Shown piece after piece: positions 35,901 to 50,900 of a DNA stretch of 64,000 nucleotides. The DNA lies in NCBI GenBank assembly GCA_002633005.1, contig NMRA01000136.1, positions 770,944 through 834,943 on the forward strand. The letters run 5' to 3'. Both the position numbers and the translations under genes were made by a program. The stretch is from Phoronis australis (lineage: Eukaryota; Animalia; Phoronida). The notes below the pieces were generated by a model that ran no database searches, had not been told where the DNA came from, and saw only the letters and a list, made by a program, of their open reading frames with translations. The first letter of the stretch is position 1. Each line of letters starts with the position of its first letter.

Positions 35901-38900
35901 CTTCGAATCTTATCAAAAATCAGCAAAATTTTAAAGGAAAAATTTATGGCAATTTGACTTTTACATTTTCTGCACCACAGCTTTCTTTTGTCAAAAATAC
36001 CCCACCACAGATTCATTAGCCTTTAGCCTACTTTTGTCAAGGTTCTCAAATAACTGGGTACAATTTCCATGTTTTTTATGATTATCCACATAAAATTATG
36101 GCCAGCTGATCTTATGACTTCAGTAACAACTAGAATCAGCATGTACATGTTGTGAAGTAATTGGGCCCCACCTTGAGAATTCGTTGACACAAATATCTTG
36201 ATTGCACTAATGAGTACAGGGATAAGTTGCTTGACCGTTGCTATCGACCTCTGAAGCATCTCCCGGTGCACCTGGTGAGTCAACTCCTTCTCACGAGCGT
36301 CCACTTGTTTTGTCATGTCTGTCAGACCAGGGGTCAGTTTCTGAAAAGCGAAAGAAATAAAGACATGATAGTAGTTTATAACTAAACTGGAATGAGACAA
36401 AATCTTCTACTTTATGATGTTTTTTACACGAAGTTTAAACAGAGATTTACAGCCAGTCTAAAATTTTCATCTAAGTCTGCGTATGAACTTTGTCAAAATG
36501 TTGCAAAGTTACATCATTTTACTAAAACAGGCCGTTGCTGGTCCAACTGTGTTATGGTTGACGGTTGTGAAACAATAACTATTGCAAAAAATATTAAGTA
36601 AAGATCTCTTTGGAACCAAAGAACCACACCTAGTCTCACCTAGTGTTTAGTAATAGTAAGTACATATCTGGCAACACAAACTGTTTGCACAGACGTAAAA
36701 GGACAACAGTTTTACCGGGCACATTATGGATTTGAAAACCAATGTAAACAAGGTAGTGCATTATCTGTAGTGCAGTAATACAGCAGTTATCATGCTTTAA
36801 AGAAGTGACAGTCAGATGTCACAAAGCAGTCAGTAATGTAGTGAGCCAGTACTTTAATTGAGTCAGTCATACAGTGACAGTCAGACGTCATAAAGCACTC
36901 AGTAATGTAGTGAGCCAGTAGTTTAAATGAGTCATTCATACAATGACAGTCAGACGTCCTAAAGCAGTCAGTAATGTAGTGAGCCAGTAGTTTAATTGAG
37001 TCAGTCATACAGTGACAGTCAGAAGTCATAAAGCAGTCAGTAATATAGTGAGCCAGTACTTTAATTGAGTCAGTCATACAGTGACAGTCAGACGTCACAA
37101 AGCAGTCAGTAATATAGTGAGCCAGTACTTTAATTGAGTCAGTCATACATTGACAGTCAGACGTCATAAAGCACTCAGTAATGTAGTGAGCCACTAGTTT
37201 AATTGAGTCAGTCATACAGTGACAGTCAGACGTCATAAAGCAGTCAGTAATACAGTGAGCCAGTACTTTAATTGAGTCAGTCATACAGTGACAGTCAGAA
37301 GTCGTAAAGCAGTCAGTACCGTAATGAGGCAGTAGTTTAAATGAGTCAGTTATACAGTGACAGTCAGGAGTCATAAAGCAGTCATAAATGTAGTGAGCCA
37401 GTACTTTAATGGAGTCAGTCATACCGAGGCAGTCAAAAGTCATAAAGCAGTCAATAATGTAATGAGCCAGTAGTTGAAATGAGTCAGTCATACAGAGACA
37501 GTTAGGAGTCATAAAGCAGTCAGTCAGAAAGTAACAAATTCTTGGACTGCCTTCCCCAGAAATAAAAATTCCACAACAAAAACTAGTCTGTGATGACGTC
37601 CTTCATTTGTAATGCATGCGAAGTCTAGTGGCATTGTATGTTTTTGCAAGATTCTTGCACTTACAGAACACAGCCGTGACCTTGACTATGGTCTTACCTT
37701 GACAAATGTGACAAGGTCCTCCATAGATTCCACCACCTCTGTAACAGCCAGGTACTCCAGCACATTCTTGCAACAACGCACAATTTTTCGCACCTCGGAC
37801 TCATCAAAACACAGCAGTAACCCCGACGTTCCTTGCAAGATTCCTTTGAAAAAATGAAACATTGATGAAACCATTCATAAAGGATTGTCTGTAAAAGCTT
37901 CGAACTTTCACCAAATCTGAGGTCAAAATATTAAAGCTATCGTTCTATAACATTCTGCCTAAAAGCACAAAAAACAGACACATTAAATATACAGTACGAG
38001 AGGGGGATTCAAGAAGACAAAGCTGCTTCTAATGTCAAAATCAAGCAACAGAATACAGTGCTATGACATCTTTACAAGTTGGTTTTAAAATAAGCGAAAC
38101 AAATTGCAACAGCACTCCTCAGTTGTGATGCTGTAGAATTTAGTTAAATATCTATTCACCACACTGCCACCTATTGCATAATTATGAAGTATTACTGTCT
38201 ACAAGTGAGCACAGCTCTAAGAACCAAGACATAGTTTATCTATACGATAGTCCGACTGCAATACAACATTGATCAGAAATACAACCGAGATGATATCTTC
38301 AGTTGTAATAACAGTCACTTTATGCAATGCCTTAAGTTGGTGATTTATTTTGCCAATCTCGTGTAAAATACACATCAGGCAATAGCTCACTTGCGAGTTT
38401 CTCGTTAGTCACTGTGACGTCACCGGAAAGGGGGCAAAACCCGCCATATTGCTCTTGTTTTGCCCCGAGTCTTTGCTACACACGCTAAAACTTACTGGAG
38501 TTCTTATGGTGAATTTTATGCTTAAAACGTTAAAACAACTTAAGATATGGTAGATGGGTCGTGGAATAACTGTGAATGGACGAAGAAAATGTGAACTTGT
38601 TATGTTGTGCGAAGCTGTGAACGGACTGAAATTGGAACTTAACCCGCTCTAGGCCTGAATGGCGCAGGCATACAGGGGCGATAGTGTATCCCCATAAAAA
38701 GATATTCACTTCAAAATACAGCAAATAAAATCAAATGAAACATGCATATGTGCACATGAAGTTATAATTAACACATACCCTGACTCTGGACACAATTTAG
38801 TCTACAAATAACTTGAGCATATTCATGAAAACCTCGCGGTTCTCTCGAGTTTCTCTCACTAAAGAGCCGCCATTTTGAGGAAGTTACGTGAAATCACGCC

Positions 38901-41900
38901 TGTTGACGAACAAAAAGTCCAAGGGACACAAATCTTACAAATTTCACTTGATATTTTCTCATGCTATTTTGCAAGTGTCACGCGCCAGGTCACGCGCCAG
39001 ATCTCGCGCTTCGCTCAGTCTCGCGCTAGCCTTTGCCTCATACTCACCTGACTCAGTTGAAATACTTGATTGTGGTAATCGCGCGCGCGGACAAAGTTAA
39101 CAGTAACCACAAAGTGGAGTTGGAATTCTTCGCCTAAGTCACCTGAATTCCCGTATATATGCTTCATCGAAGATATGTTTAGAAGCAGAAAGAGTCACTG
39201 AAGAAAGTAAGAGCCTTTTAGGTGCTAATTTTAGGTGTAGAATGTATTTTCGACGAGGTGAAAACTTTACCAGTGAGCGGATTTCGCCTACCGCCCGTCT
39301 AAAATACACGGGACGAAATTAGTACAGAACGCGATAGAACGTATTGTAGTGCGAATCTGAAGTTCATTTGCCATAACAGCAATGCTTTTGGACATTTTTC
39401 GAACTAAATGGCTAAAAACTCGAAGACAATAACAGAATACACTCTGCTACCGTATTGGGCAAATGACCAAACGACAAGCTTTTGCCCCACTTCCCGTGAC
39501 GTCACAGTTAAGTCTCACATAATCTCGCGTTATTGTTATAAACTCGCAAAAAGTCTATAGTGGCAACATACCACAAGTTCAAGAGAGTGTCCTCACAGAC
39601 AACAGGCTGCTGTTGTCATAGAGATAATGAGTACAACACATATTTATTCTGAATAAAATCACCACCAACAAGATGCTAGATGTAAGCATGAAAAATCAAG
39701 ATAAGTAACCTCGCACAAACCAATTCTTCAAATATCATTTCTGAAGGTTTTTGTCACAATCCATTGGTAAATAAATAGTATATTAATAACTACAATACCT
39801 CTCGAGCCTTCAATAAGTTTCTTCCTCGCTTGAGCAGAGAATGGATCAGACTTCAGAAGACGAGATGCCTCGACCAATAACAGACAAGCATCTTCGACAC
39901 GAGTCAGAGTGGGGGGCATGTCTTCTTTGAGGATTTCATCTTTGCTTATGTAGATTGTCTCCTTACCCACCTGTCCAGAGTAACATGAGGTTGATATCGA
40001 TGAATTAACCATGTCCGTCTCAAGAATTGTACAGTGATGATTAGACAGTGATGATTGGACAGTGATAATTTGACAGTGATGATTGTACACTGATGATTAG
40101 ACAGTTTTCCAGCCAATTCATTACTTGCACTCATAGATGGCGCTGCAAAAATGATTGTTGTGCATTGTTGTTTAGGAAGAACACAATGCCTCATTTTAGT
40201 AGCAATTTTAACAACGCAAACGTGAAAGCGCGTGTGTTCCAAACATGCAAAACCATTGGAGTCTAGACACACAAACACCTTGTTTACAAGCGTAATGGCA
40301 AATTTGTGTAAGTAGAGAATAGGATGAACAGAGTTTGTTAGTTTCGTGTTACATCACACATTTTTTTAGAATCACTGCAAACATCCGAGTATTATTTCCT
40401 CTCACATAATACAAGTAACCATTCAGGATGTGAAAAATAAATGGCTTCATGCCTTGATAATCAGTAATTCTAAGAAGATATTTGAAGACTCCTGATCACG
40501 AATGCTTTCACTTATCTGCTCACACAGTTAACACTGGTGAACTCCATTCCAATCCTAATACAGTACAACCAACGAAAACTTGAAGTGTAAAGTTGCCTTA
40601 TTTCAATCAAAATTTGCCACGTTTAGAATGCAAAATTAAGGAAACCTATATTTTGTGCAAAATTGAAAAGAGCTATCATCAGATGAACTGATGAATAATT
40701 CACTGTTAATGTATTAGACAACAGGGCACAAAAACTGTTTAACTATGTATGAGCATGTCCCACATATTTAAAAGACAACAAAGACACTTCGTTGTCTGCT
40801 GAGGTGACACCTGTGATCTAAATTGAGCACTAGCTCAGCTATGACCTGAAAATGCCAACACAAGCACATTGTTCAAAGCACACATGCAGGTTTGAGTGGT
40901 GTACTTGTTTACTGAATGAGCCTACTCACAAACCACAGTTAAAATCCAATGAAGAATGAAACTGTATTTTCCAAGCTCAGTAAAATTTAAAAGTACCTGT
41001 AAACCTGCCTTCACCTCAAAACATTCAATTCAGACCACTTACCAATATGAAATTTGTCTGAAATTGTTCCTGAGACAAAATAGGCATGATTTTTGGGTTT
41101 GGAAAGAACTGACAGTTTGCTATTACTTGAGACAAGGTTCTAACTTGAAAGTTGCTACGATGTGTCATTTCATTCATCAAGCATTGTCTCCGGAAATACA
41201 TAACTGCCAATCATTTGTCATCTACGTATGGAACATGTTGAGACATGTTGGTAACTGTCATAAATCAAAGCCAAGTATCTTTGACAGGACCCAGGCTTAG
41301 TAACACTTTAAGTGTCAAGAAATTCTAAGTCTAATACCTTACTACTGTATTCGTCATAATAAGCACGCAGGGCGCTTAGAAAAATTCGTTTCAGGAGTGG
41401 GGTGCTTATTATGGCCTAAAGCGGTTGAAATCCAATCTACGAAACAGGTAAAATCTTAACCTAGGATTCGTCAAATTTACGCTCTGTGATGTATCTATAA
41501 CCTATGACAGACTTTCTACAAAATTGTGGTGCATTGCTATCAAACTTTGTTATTAAATTACGATAATTTTTCAGAAAATTGTGCTTAAATCCCAGTGCAA
41601 AAACTCGCCAACTGATGCGTCACTGCCTCGCAATCGTCGATAGGGCAACTTGAATTTTTGAATAAAAATACAGTTTTGTTTCAACAAATTACCTAAAGTC
41701 CTCTTTAAGTTTTCCAAATAGCACCCCAAAGATTTTTAAGTTCCTGTAGAGTTGGGATTAACTGCATATTAATCCAAATTTGAGCTAGTTTTAGAACTGT
41801 AGGTAAGGCATTTTTTGCATGTACACGTTCATGGGCTGGGCGCTTATTCTAGCCAAGTCTGAAAATGCGTGGCTGCGCTTATAGGGGCATGGGTGCTTAA

Positions 41901-44900
41901 TAGGGCAAATACGGTATGCATAGTTTACACTGTGATATTCAGTAAAGTATCAATGCTTGCATGTGGTTAAATCCTTTCCCCAGAGTGACTGGAATTTATG
42001 GTGATAATTACCTGGCTGAGATTGGTGACTGCAGCAGACACAGTTTGTACAGGTCCAGCCAGGTCTGGCATGGCATTGCCATCTTCTGCCTCTTCATGGA
42101 GAATGACGAGCTGGGACACCTGGTGGAGAACAAACACATGTAAAATTATCATTTGTCCATTTTTCCAGGTGTAACATTGTTGAGAATGCCTACAATATTG
42201 TCTAGTAGTAGCTATATAGTATAAAACTTGAATATGGCAAAATGTTAACTTAAAACCCAGTGAATCATTCATGAAAAAATGACAACCTTATCAGTCATAT
42301 GATATTATGTCCTAAATAGTGAGATTTTGAGGGATTAGTAAATAAAACTATGCCTGTGTAAGATCCTCACATTTATCATTGAGGATGGGACAACAAAGCA
42401 TGCTCCTGGTGCAATACATATTTGGAGCACTCATTTGTGTTAATCAAAAATCAACCAACCAGACAAGGCTATGACTAAGCAGTGACCTTTTTAATATCCT
42501 ATTACTCATGGTTATGTGTAGACATACTTATGATTAGCCAGACGTCTGGACCCCAAAATTTCATCACGGAATCAAAAACCAGATTGAGGCCTATAAATGA
42601 TACGTTCTTAAATATTGACAATGGACGTCTCGTATCATCATGAACAAGCAAGACAAATTAAAAAAATCATCTTTTCCATGAGATGTTTGAATCCCTAAAT
42701 AAGACTAGATGACGATTTTCAAGTGTGATGTAGTTTATGAGGGTTAAACTCTCCAATGTAACATGTGACATTTCCTCTGGAAATGAAAGGAACCCACAAA
42801 ATTGCATTCATGAATTTTGCATATCAGGGCAGTTGAGCTGAGCAACTAGTTCCCAAGGATTAGCCTGGGACCTATAAATCATTTCAGTCAGACAGAATCC
42901 ATCTTTGTTTGTACAGAGAAAATTCAAACTAGTGTGGTGCAGCTTCTTGGCACTCTTCAGCTGGGACTGGATAGTTTCTGGGATGCGTTACGTATATAAT
43001 CTAAGGCACTGCTACAGCCCTTGCAGGAAAAATCATTTTATTTTTAAACATAAAATGTGAATTGTATCCCAAAAGTCAACATTATAACTTCAGTGACCAA
43101 TCACTTCAGTTGCTGTCATTTTGCTAGGGTGCATAACTTCGCGGGCACGCTAGAGAAATCCTCGCCTTTCACTCGCACGATTTTATGTGGTATTACGTGA
43201 TCTTGCTTTTTGCACTAGTTTCCCACCTCTACAGTGCGCACCCCAAGTTACATGACGACAGGACTTGCAGATGGTTCAGTTAACAACTGTCAAGATTCAA
43301 GGCCATGATCAAGACATTATACAGGTGCGAAAGCTACACCAATTGCAAACAGGAGCTGAATAACTTGTAATGCTTCACAATATCTCATCAACATTCACAC
43401 GGTATTGTGCAACTCACAAAACCCTTTAAATAACAGTGCTTAGCTTGAATCCATAGTTGACCTTGTTTTAGCATGACAACTTGAAAATAAAATTTCTTCT
43501 CAATAGTAAATGCCAACATTTTCTAACATAGGAGCAACTGTATATTTTTGACTTAAGAGGAAATTCATTGAGACCTACATTAACCTCATACAAGCAGTAT
43601 GTAAATTTCCAATAAAAACTCCACAGCATCGTCCAACTTTCACTAGATTCATCACACAAAAGTACATCTAAATAATTACTTAATTACAGAAATCTACTGC
43701 ATAAATTGTGGTTAAATTTCATCCAAATCTCCAATGCTTTTGACCCAGCTGTTTCTTGAAATTTATATTACATATTTTGACTGAACAAATTTGCACTTGT
43801 AATACAATAATTTGAGACTTTTTTATCATAACAACAGTTCTATTCTACTCAAAAAAGTGTTAAATTTTGTCAGGTTCACCAAAAGTCAGACTAATTTATT
43901 TTGGAAAACCATCCGTTGCCAATGCCAGTATCTGCCACCATCTTAGTTGCTGATCTACAATATATTTTATATCTTCATTAAATCCAATACAAAATGAATA
44001 TTACTGATAGCAATTGAATACCCCAGATCCATTTATCTCTAAATGAGCTTGGAGATGTTATCTCCCCCAGCAAATGCACAAGGCAAGGTCACATGATGCT
44101 AAGATAAACATCATGATGGTTTTGAAACTTGTGCCTGAGGGATGGCTTGGCTAATCAAGCATGTGACAATCATTATAACAGGTTGGTGTGGCAACAGACA
44201 ATCTACAGCAGCATTACTCATGAGTTCTCACCAACAACTGCACAATTTAGAAGAGGCATCTAACATCGTGTGATTTTTATTCTCAGGGGAATGGGACCAA
44301 AATTCCACCGTAAACTCAATGCATCAAGGACCCTGGTAAATCTATAAGATTCAATTTTGAAAAGGAATGCTAGCCTCAATTTGTGCATGGTGCCTGTTGG
44401 GAGGTACCTATTACACCATGTTCATTCCAAAGCAGTAATAGCTTATAAAACTGTTTAATAATACCTGATTGAATATTTTTAAATAGTTTTAAAAGAGAAA
44501 ACTGTAGCGTGGTTATAAGCCCCTATGAAGGTGGTTTAGTGAGAGCTTATTACTGAAGTAACTCGGTATGAACACGTCAGTTGCAAAATTAAAACTCAGT
44601 AGGTGATGTTGCTGTCAAATCTCGTTGGAAACAACTGAGACACCAACTGGAGAGAATGGTAAAGACCCAGAAACTAGGGTTACAAGTTTTTTAATGTTGA
44701 TGCGACTGGAACCATAACATAACATATAAAACTATTGTCAGAAACTATTACAACTGGTTAATTAGTTTGAACACAGCTTTAGTACATTCTCTGTTGTCTT
44801 ATATAACTTCTGGACTTGATGACCTATGATTAGCCTCTACTGGATTCAACTACAATCCTGGGTAGAGTTCAATAACACCACTATCACCATAGAAAGAAAA

Positions 44901-47900
44901 AAATCTCACGAGATAGTGCTATGCACTTTTAATGTGAACATGTGATTTTGAATAGATTTTTCTTGCTGTGAAACAGCTATTGCACTGTACACTGGCCAAT
45001 GAACATAACAGATAAAGTGGTTAACTGATTGGTCAGTTTATACCTTGACTCATATTCTGATGCGCTGTATATTCCTTTTCCTTTTTTATAATGTTCATCT
45101 GGTGTTCTCGTCTCTGTTTGAACCATCCAGGGTTATCCCATTTACTTACCTCAGCACAGTGCCTGAAATTTGTGGGCCAGTTCAGAGATTCTTATGCAAT
45201 AGTCATCTAAATTTCAACAGCCCAATATAAATACATACCAAAGAAATGAACCCTAAAACCCCCAACACACCCAAATCAATCTTAACTTCTTATATGACTG
45301 CAAATACACAGTGGTCACAAGAAAATACAGTTAGAAGTCTCACTCAAGCTAATGAAATACCATGATAGTACAGTGGAAAAAGCATAAATTTGGCACTACA
45401 TACATCTTCCATAGAAAAATGGGAAAATAAAATTTGACATGCCCCCCCCTGTATTGTGTCCTGAAAATGTGACATTTCAGAGTAGTTTTCTGATGATCAG
45501 TAGTTTCCTCAACTCCAAGGTTTCATAATTTCATGCATCATGACTATGACCTTTCTCTAACATGAAACTCACACCTTCTCCTACCTGTTCTAGAGACTCA
45601 TTGACTAGTTAACCAGTGTCCATACCATGTTTAGTAGCAAGGTAATGGCCATTTGGCTTCATCCTGTATATCTCACCATGGGACACCATGAAAGAGGTTA
45701 ATGAGATGATTGTCCTTTCCATACTTTCCCAAAAGGGTGTAGTAGAAAAACCTGAGTGAGTATGTACAATTACCGGTATAGCACTACATATGGTAAGGGA
45801 TTGGACAATGTAAAACGTCCCGTTTGGCAGAAACCCTCTCCCCATAAAAAGGATGACTCTACTCTAGAGAATCCTGACTAACATTTTAAGAGAATTTAAA
45901 AGGCTAGCCTATACCACTCATTACCTCCCTCACTAGTATGTTTTGTAAGCCCTTAAAAATGGTTCATGATAACAAATTATACTGCAAACCTCCCTTTCGA
46001 GGATGGATTTGGTGTTAAAATCTTTTGAATTTCTTCAATGTCACCTGGTCAGTCTCACCCTTCTATCCACATTCCATTCCAATGCTCAGTTTGGTGACAT
46101 GCAGCTAACAAACGCGACATCAGATTGTGTTTAGCAATCTGGGAAAAATCCAAAGTCTCCACAGTGATTATCAAAGTCCTGGGGTCTTCCAAACATTAAA
46201 TTAATACAGCATTTTTCCTAGATCCAGTACCTTTGGTTCACAACTGCTCCATTAATTTCATGAAATCAATGCATTTGCCACCCTCAGCAGCCAGCACACA
46301 TCAAAACGAGCTTAAAACACAACAGGAAGGAAGCATACGGAAGCCGGAATCATTCAGCAAAAATTAGGCAAGGTCAGACCAGGAAGCACATGCCTCCAAT
46401 CTTTCCAACCATACTAGTACTTGTTTTATGTTGGCCTGTGCACGTCTGATGCACCGCATATGACACCAGACCACCTGCACCACTTTTTTCTGTTGGCAGG
46501 AGGAACTGAGTTAGATTGAATAGTGCGTATTTACGAGTTAGATTGAATAGTGCATATTTACGAGTTACGTTGAATAGTGCCTATTTACGTGGCGAAATGG
46601 AAGACATATGTGCAAACATTTGAGAACGGAGAATAGCATGACTTTTTTGGTCTGCAACTTTCGATGTCGTTTGGGCGACCTGAGATTTCGTTTGGTAACC
46701 TGGGATCTTCGCGATGTCACATTTGGCGATTTGGCATCAAGCTAACCGTGGAGTACTGCATTCACAAAAGGGGGCAAGTCATCAATAGAGTGACTCACTA
46801 GGTTACACAGTGAAGGTAATTACTGTTTCTTATCAAATCATATCCAAGTAAAATGCTTGAAAGCATTCTGGATGTACTTTTCTATTTTTTGGAACATGAA
46901 AGGGGATGAAACCATAAAATCGGCCTAGAGGAGTAATAAGACTATGAGTCAAGGAACACTTAAAGAAAATGTAAGATATTAAAATTACCACTAGAAGCAC
47001 CAAGGTAGTTGCATTGGATCTGTCCAAAAGCTGATGTCATCCCATTGTCACATTCACAGAAACACACATTTAACAAAGATCAAGGGGTTTAGGACTAGGA
47101 GATACAGATATGGATGTGAATTGTGAAAGTGCCACTAGGGGGAGCCACAGTAGTCAGAGCAATCTGAAGTCAACGTCAGTCATGCTCTTCCTAGTTAGAA
47201 CATATACCGGTACCCCAATTTTCTTAATGATCCTTAGAGTAGTATGGCCAGTACATAGGCAGAAACTTGCAACAGACTCGAAAACAGTAAAATGCACACT
47301 AGGTAACGCAGAATGCATTAAAAAACGAGGAGGGTCATCGTCTCCTTAACAGATACCTATTTGCAAAATTTCATAAAAATCAAAGCAAGAGAAACAAGAG
47401 TTTTTCCCCTGCCACTTGATTTACATAGACAGATAAAATATCAGGGAGTGGAAGTGAGCCCATGTGCACGCCTCTTAATTACAGGTATGATATCCTAAGC
47501 CCCAGTCTCAGACTAGCGGACACCAAGCCCGCTATACAAATTCCATAGCCATGCTCCTAGATTTCGTACAATTGCCAAAAATACTCTCTGCTAGGTGAAC
47601 ATACTTCAGACTTGCATCCATGGATCTTTCTGGAGTTTGGTCCACGGGTATCGAGTTTGGTCATGGGTATGGAGTACATGTATTTTTGGTATGTGTGAGG
47701 GATTTATGAGAGGGAATACAGAATATGTACCACGGAATGAGAGGTTTATGGGATTGAAACACGAATTTAAAAAGAGTTGCCATGCAAATGTTTCCAACCC
47801 TTGAAAAAGCAATATTATTATTAGTAAAGGTTAAATTCATCCGCACTTTGAAATCTCACATTTTTTTTATTACAGTCGACCCCAGTCCTCACATTTTTCA

Positions 47901-50900
47901 ATTAACACATTTCCCAAGTTTGCAAGATTCTACCAACCAAGTTTGAACTCTGGTAGCTGCCCTTCTCAGTTAGGGTCATGGGTTAATGGGCGATATGGTC
48001 CATGAAGGCATCTACAACTGACACTTGATGATAAGCTGTTATATTCAGCAGTTGTTCAGGAAGGAATGTTTCCTGTGGTGCTGAAGATAATTTAAACATA
48101 ATAGACAAACCAGTCATGTATAGGTATCCTGCAGGATTAATAAACTGTTTTTATTACAGATCATTATGTAATCCATTTCACTAGAGTGTGTAATCTTTTT
48201 GGATAGGTAGTATCCCAATAGCTGACCTCAAAAATTCTGGAATTGTGAAATCAAGTGAAACTTGGAATAGCTGACAAAATAGCTGTACAAATTCGAATTA
48301 AGAGAACAATTTGCAAAAAATTTTGTTTTCAACAATTCACAAACAACTTTGAAATTGCAAACAATTCAGAGATTACGGATTGAAAATGAATGGCAATGTG
48401 GTGGTAATTTGTAAATTAACCCTTGTCAAAGATTAACGCAAACAATGTTTACAGAAAAGATTCAACTTCAAGACCTATGCCAGGAGTGAGGAAAGTAACA
48501 TATAACACTTCGTCAAGAGAAATGGCATGTGCAGTGGTAGCTCAAACACCTACCGTAAACGTTCGGGTTAACGCCCTGGGCGGTTAAATTGGCAAACCCA
48601 AAAAAATCGGGGGTGGGCAGTTAACCAGACATGGGCGCTTAAAAGTGAAATTTCAAGAAATCCAGGGTGGGCGGTTAACCGAACATGGGCGCTTATTACG
48701 ACAGGCAACCGCCCTGGGCGGTTCATCTTACCTCGGAACGTGTAGCGCTTTTCAAAGATCGTAATCGTCACGTCGCCACATGACGAGAAAAATGTCATAA
48801 CAGCGGATGATCCCAACAAAGATTCTCTTGCCCTCAGATTAGTTATTCACTATTAAATTTACAGAATTGCTGAGTAATAGCCCGTGGCGTCCTGCGGTCT
48901 TGTTACTTTGCCCTCTAGAGTGCAGACGACCAGTGACCACGTAGCCTCTACTTGGATTGCAACTATTTCAAGATGTGACCTTGTTAAAGTGCGCGCGTGC
49001 AAGCTTCCCGTAATACAGTAAACAAACATGTACAGATCTATGTTGGACATCCACCCCAAAATCTTGCATCTTACTAGTACACACGTTTATCATCCACAGT
49101 TTCATTGCTGAAGCACAGGTTACATGAGATTTTGAATAGGTGTGCGCTTCAAAATAATATTCCAAGCACAAATTTATCACTCAGTTGTCCTGACAACCAC
49201 CATGAAGCAGGGTAGAGTTCAGTAACACTAACGTTAGAACCTCGCTAAAAAGCAAGACTTCGCGAGATTACACGAGATATTGCCGCATATTTTAAATGAA
49301 AAAACGTGATTTTGGCTAGATTTTTCTAGCCGTGAGACAGCTACTGAACCCAATGGTCAGTAAATTTTAAACTGTGGAACAATATCTACAGCATGATGTG
49401 AAATAGGTTTAGACTTGAATATCATGTGCCTTTACTCATCCATGGCCATTAAATAATAAAGGCCTGAGCACAGGTTGAGCAAGCATCATGGGACCAAGCA
49501 AAATGAAAAAAGATATCCAGAAACACCAAATGGTGAACCTTACTAAAATAGGTTGCTCATGAACAGAGAGCTTTAAAATAGTGATTTCATTTTTGTGCAT
49601 AAAACGTTCAACAAATATAGCCGAACTTTTGACCATCAGAGTTGAAGCCTTTCACAAACTGCTAATCTTTATGCACAACAAAGTCAACATGTTTTATATA
49701 AAAAGAATTCTAAATAGAGCTTGCAACCAAAATTGCATAAGATAAACAAAAGGCTAACCCCAGATAACTAGTCCCACCTGGCTATCATCTGGCAAAAAAC
49801 AAAAGCAGGGCGTGTATATAATTGTACAGACCATTTGCACCCTTAGATTGCTGATTATCCTTTGTTTCATAAAATTACAGATATTTTCAAAACTAAGATT
49901 TTAACCCCATCTGATATGGTCACAAGAGCTCACTCAAAAGCTCAAACTATCAAGAAAAATGTTTAAAGACGCATTGCACACCGTTTAGCTGACTAAAAAC
50001 AAAAATTGGGTTTGGGCTGTTACTCTCATAATTTTCATTACTGTGATAGTAATCCTTTACCAACTTAAGTAACAGGCAACGTTGGGGATTCCTGGATCTA
50101 ACCTAGAGGAAACAGGCATGAATACCATTACATACACAACTAATCGGGGTAAGAGCTCACAGGATGCAAAGTGGGCAACTCAAAAATCATGGGCAGAGCA
50201 TTAACCAGAGCAAAGGAGCTTGAAAAGGAAGTTTTTGAGAGAAGTTGGGACTGGGCACTTACCCTAACAATTGATTGGGTTAAAACCAAAGGAGCTACAT
50301 TACATTTCTTGTATAGTAGTCACAGAAAACACTTGATGGATCACTATGAGGGGGTTCACATACATTGGTGTGATCATGTACAGGTGTTCAGTAGTGTGAC
50401 AGTATTTTACGCAACATATTTTTAAATAGCCATTATTCAACAATTCTGTTGCTAAATTTGTGGAGCAATAATACGTGTCTGCTTTCAACCTACCATGAAA
50501 TATTATCAAAGATATCATCGTTTCCAGAAAGATGTTCTAAAAATAAGCAATTGTCGCACGAGTGTGTTACGAAAAGTGTTTTCAAGTCAACAGCAGATTT
50601 TTCTTTAAGACAAAATCTAGAGAATTAAGCAAGAAAATGATATTTATTAGATTTTTTCACTAAAATAGATGTAACGGGCAAGTTGAGTGTTGATTGATTC
50701 ACTGATTTTGCATGCGCCTCTGCCGGTGGTTAGCTCTACATGTTGGCATGATGAGGTGACTATCAGAACTTCATGGGCTGAGTGAAATTTTGAGGTCTGT
50801 GTGAAGTTAAAACACAAGAATTCCTAGCCCACCTTTTCCCTCTATTACAACCTTGCTGGTTGCGCTAGTGTTGTGTTTTTAGATTTACAGCATAGCTACC

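Noticed and set aside
36790-37512. 240-aa Cys/His-rich repetitive ORF resembling a metal-binding protein
   Set aside because: It is the translation of a 69-bp intronic minisatellite. A unit length divisible by 3 keeps a frame open trivially, and I found no supporting splice or promoter signals.
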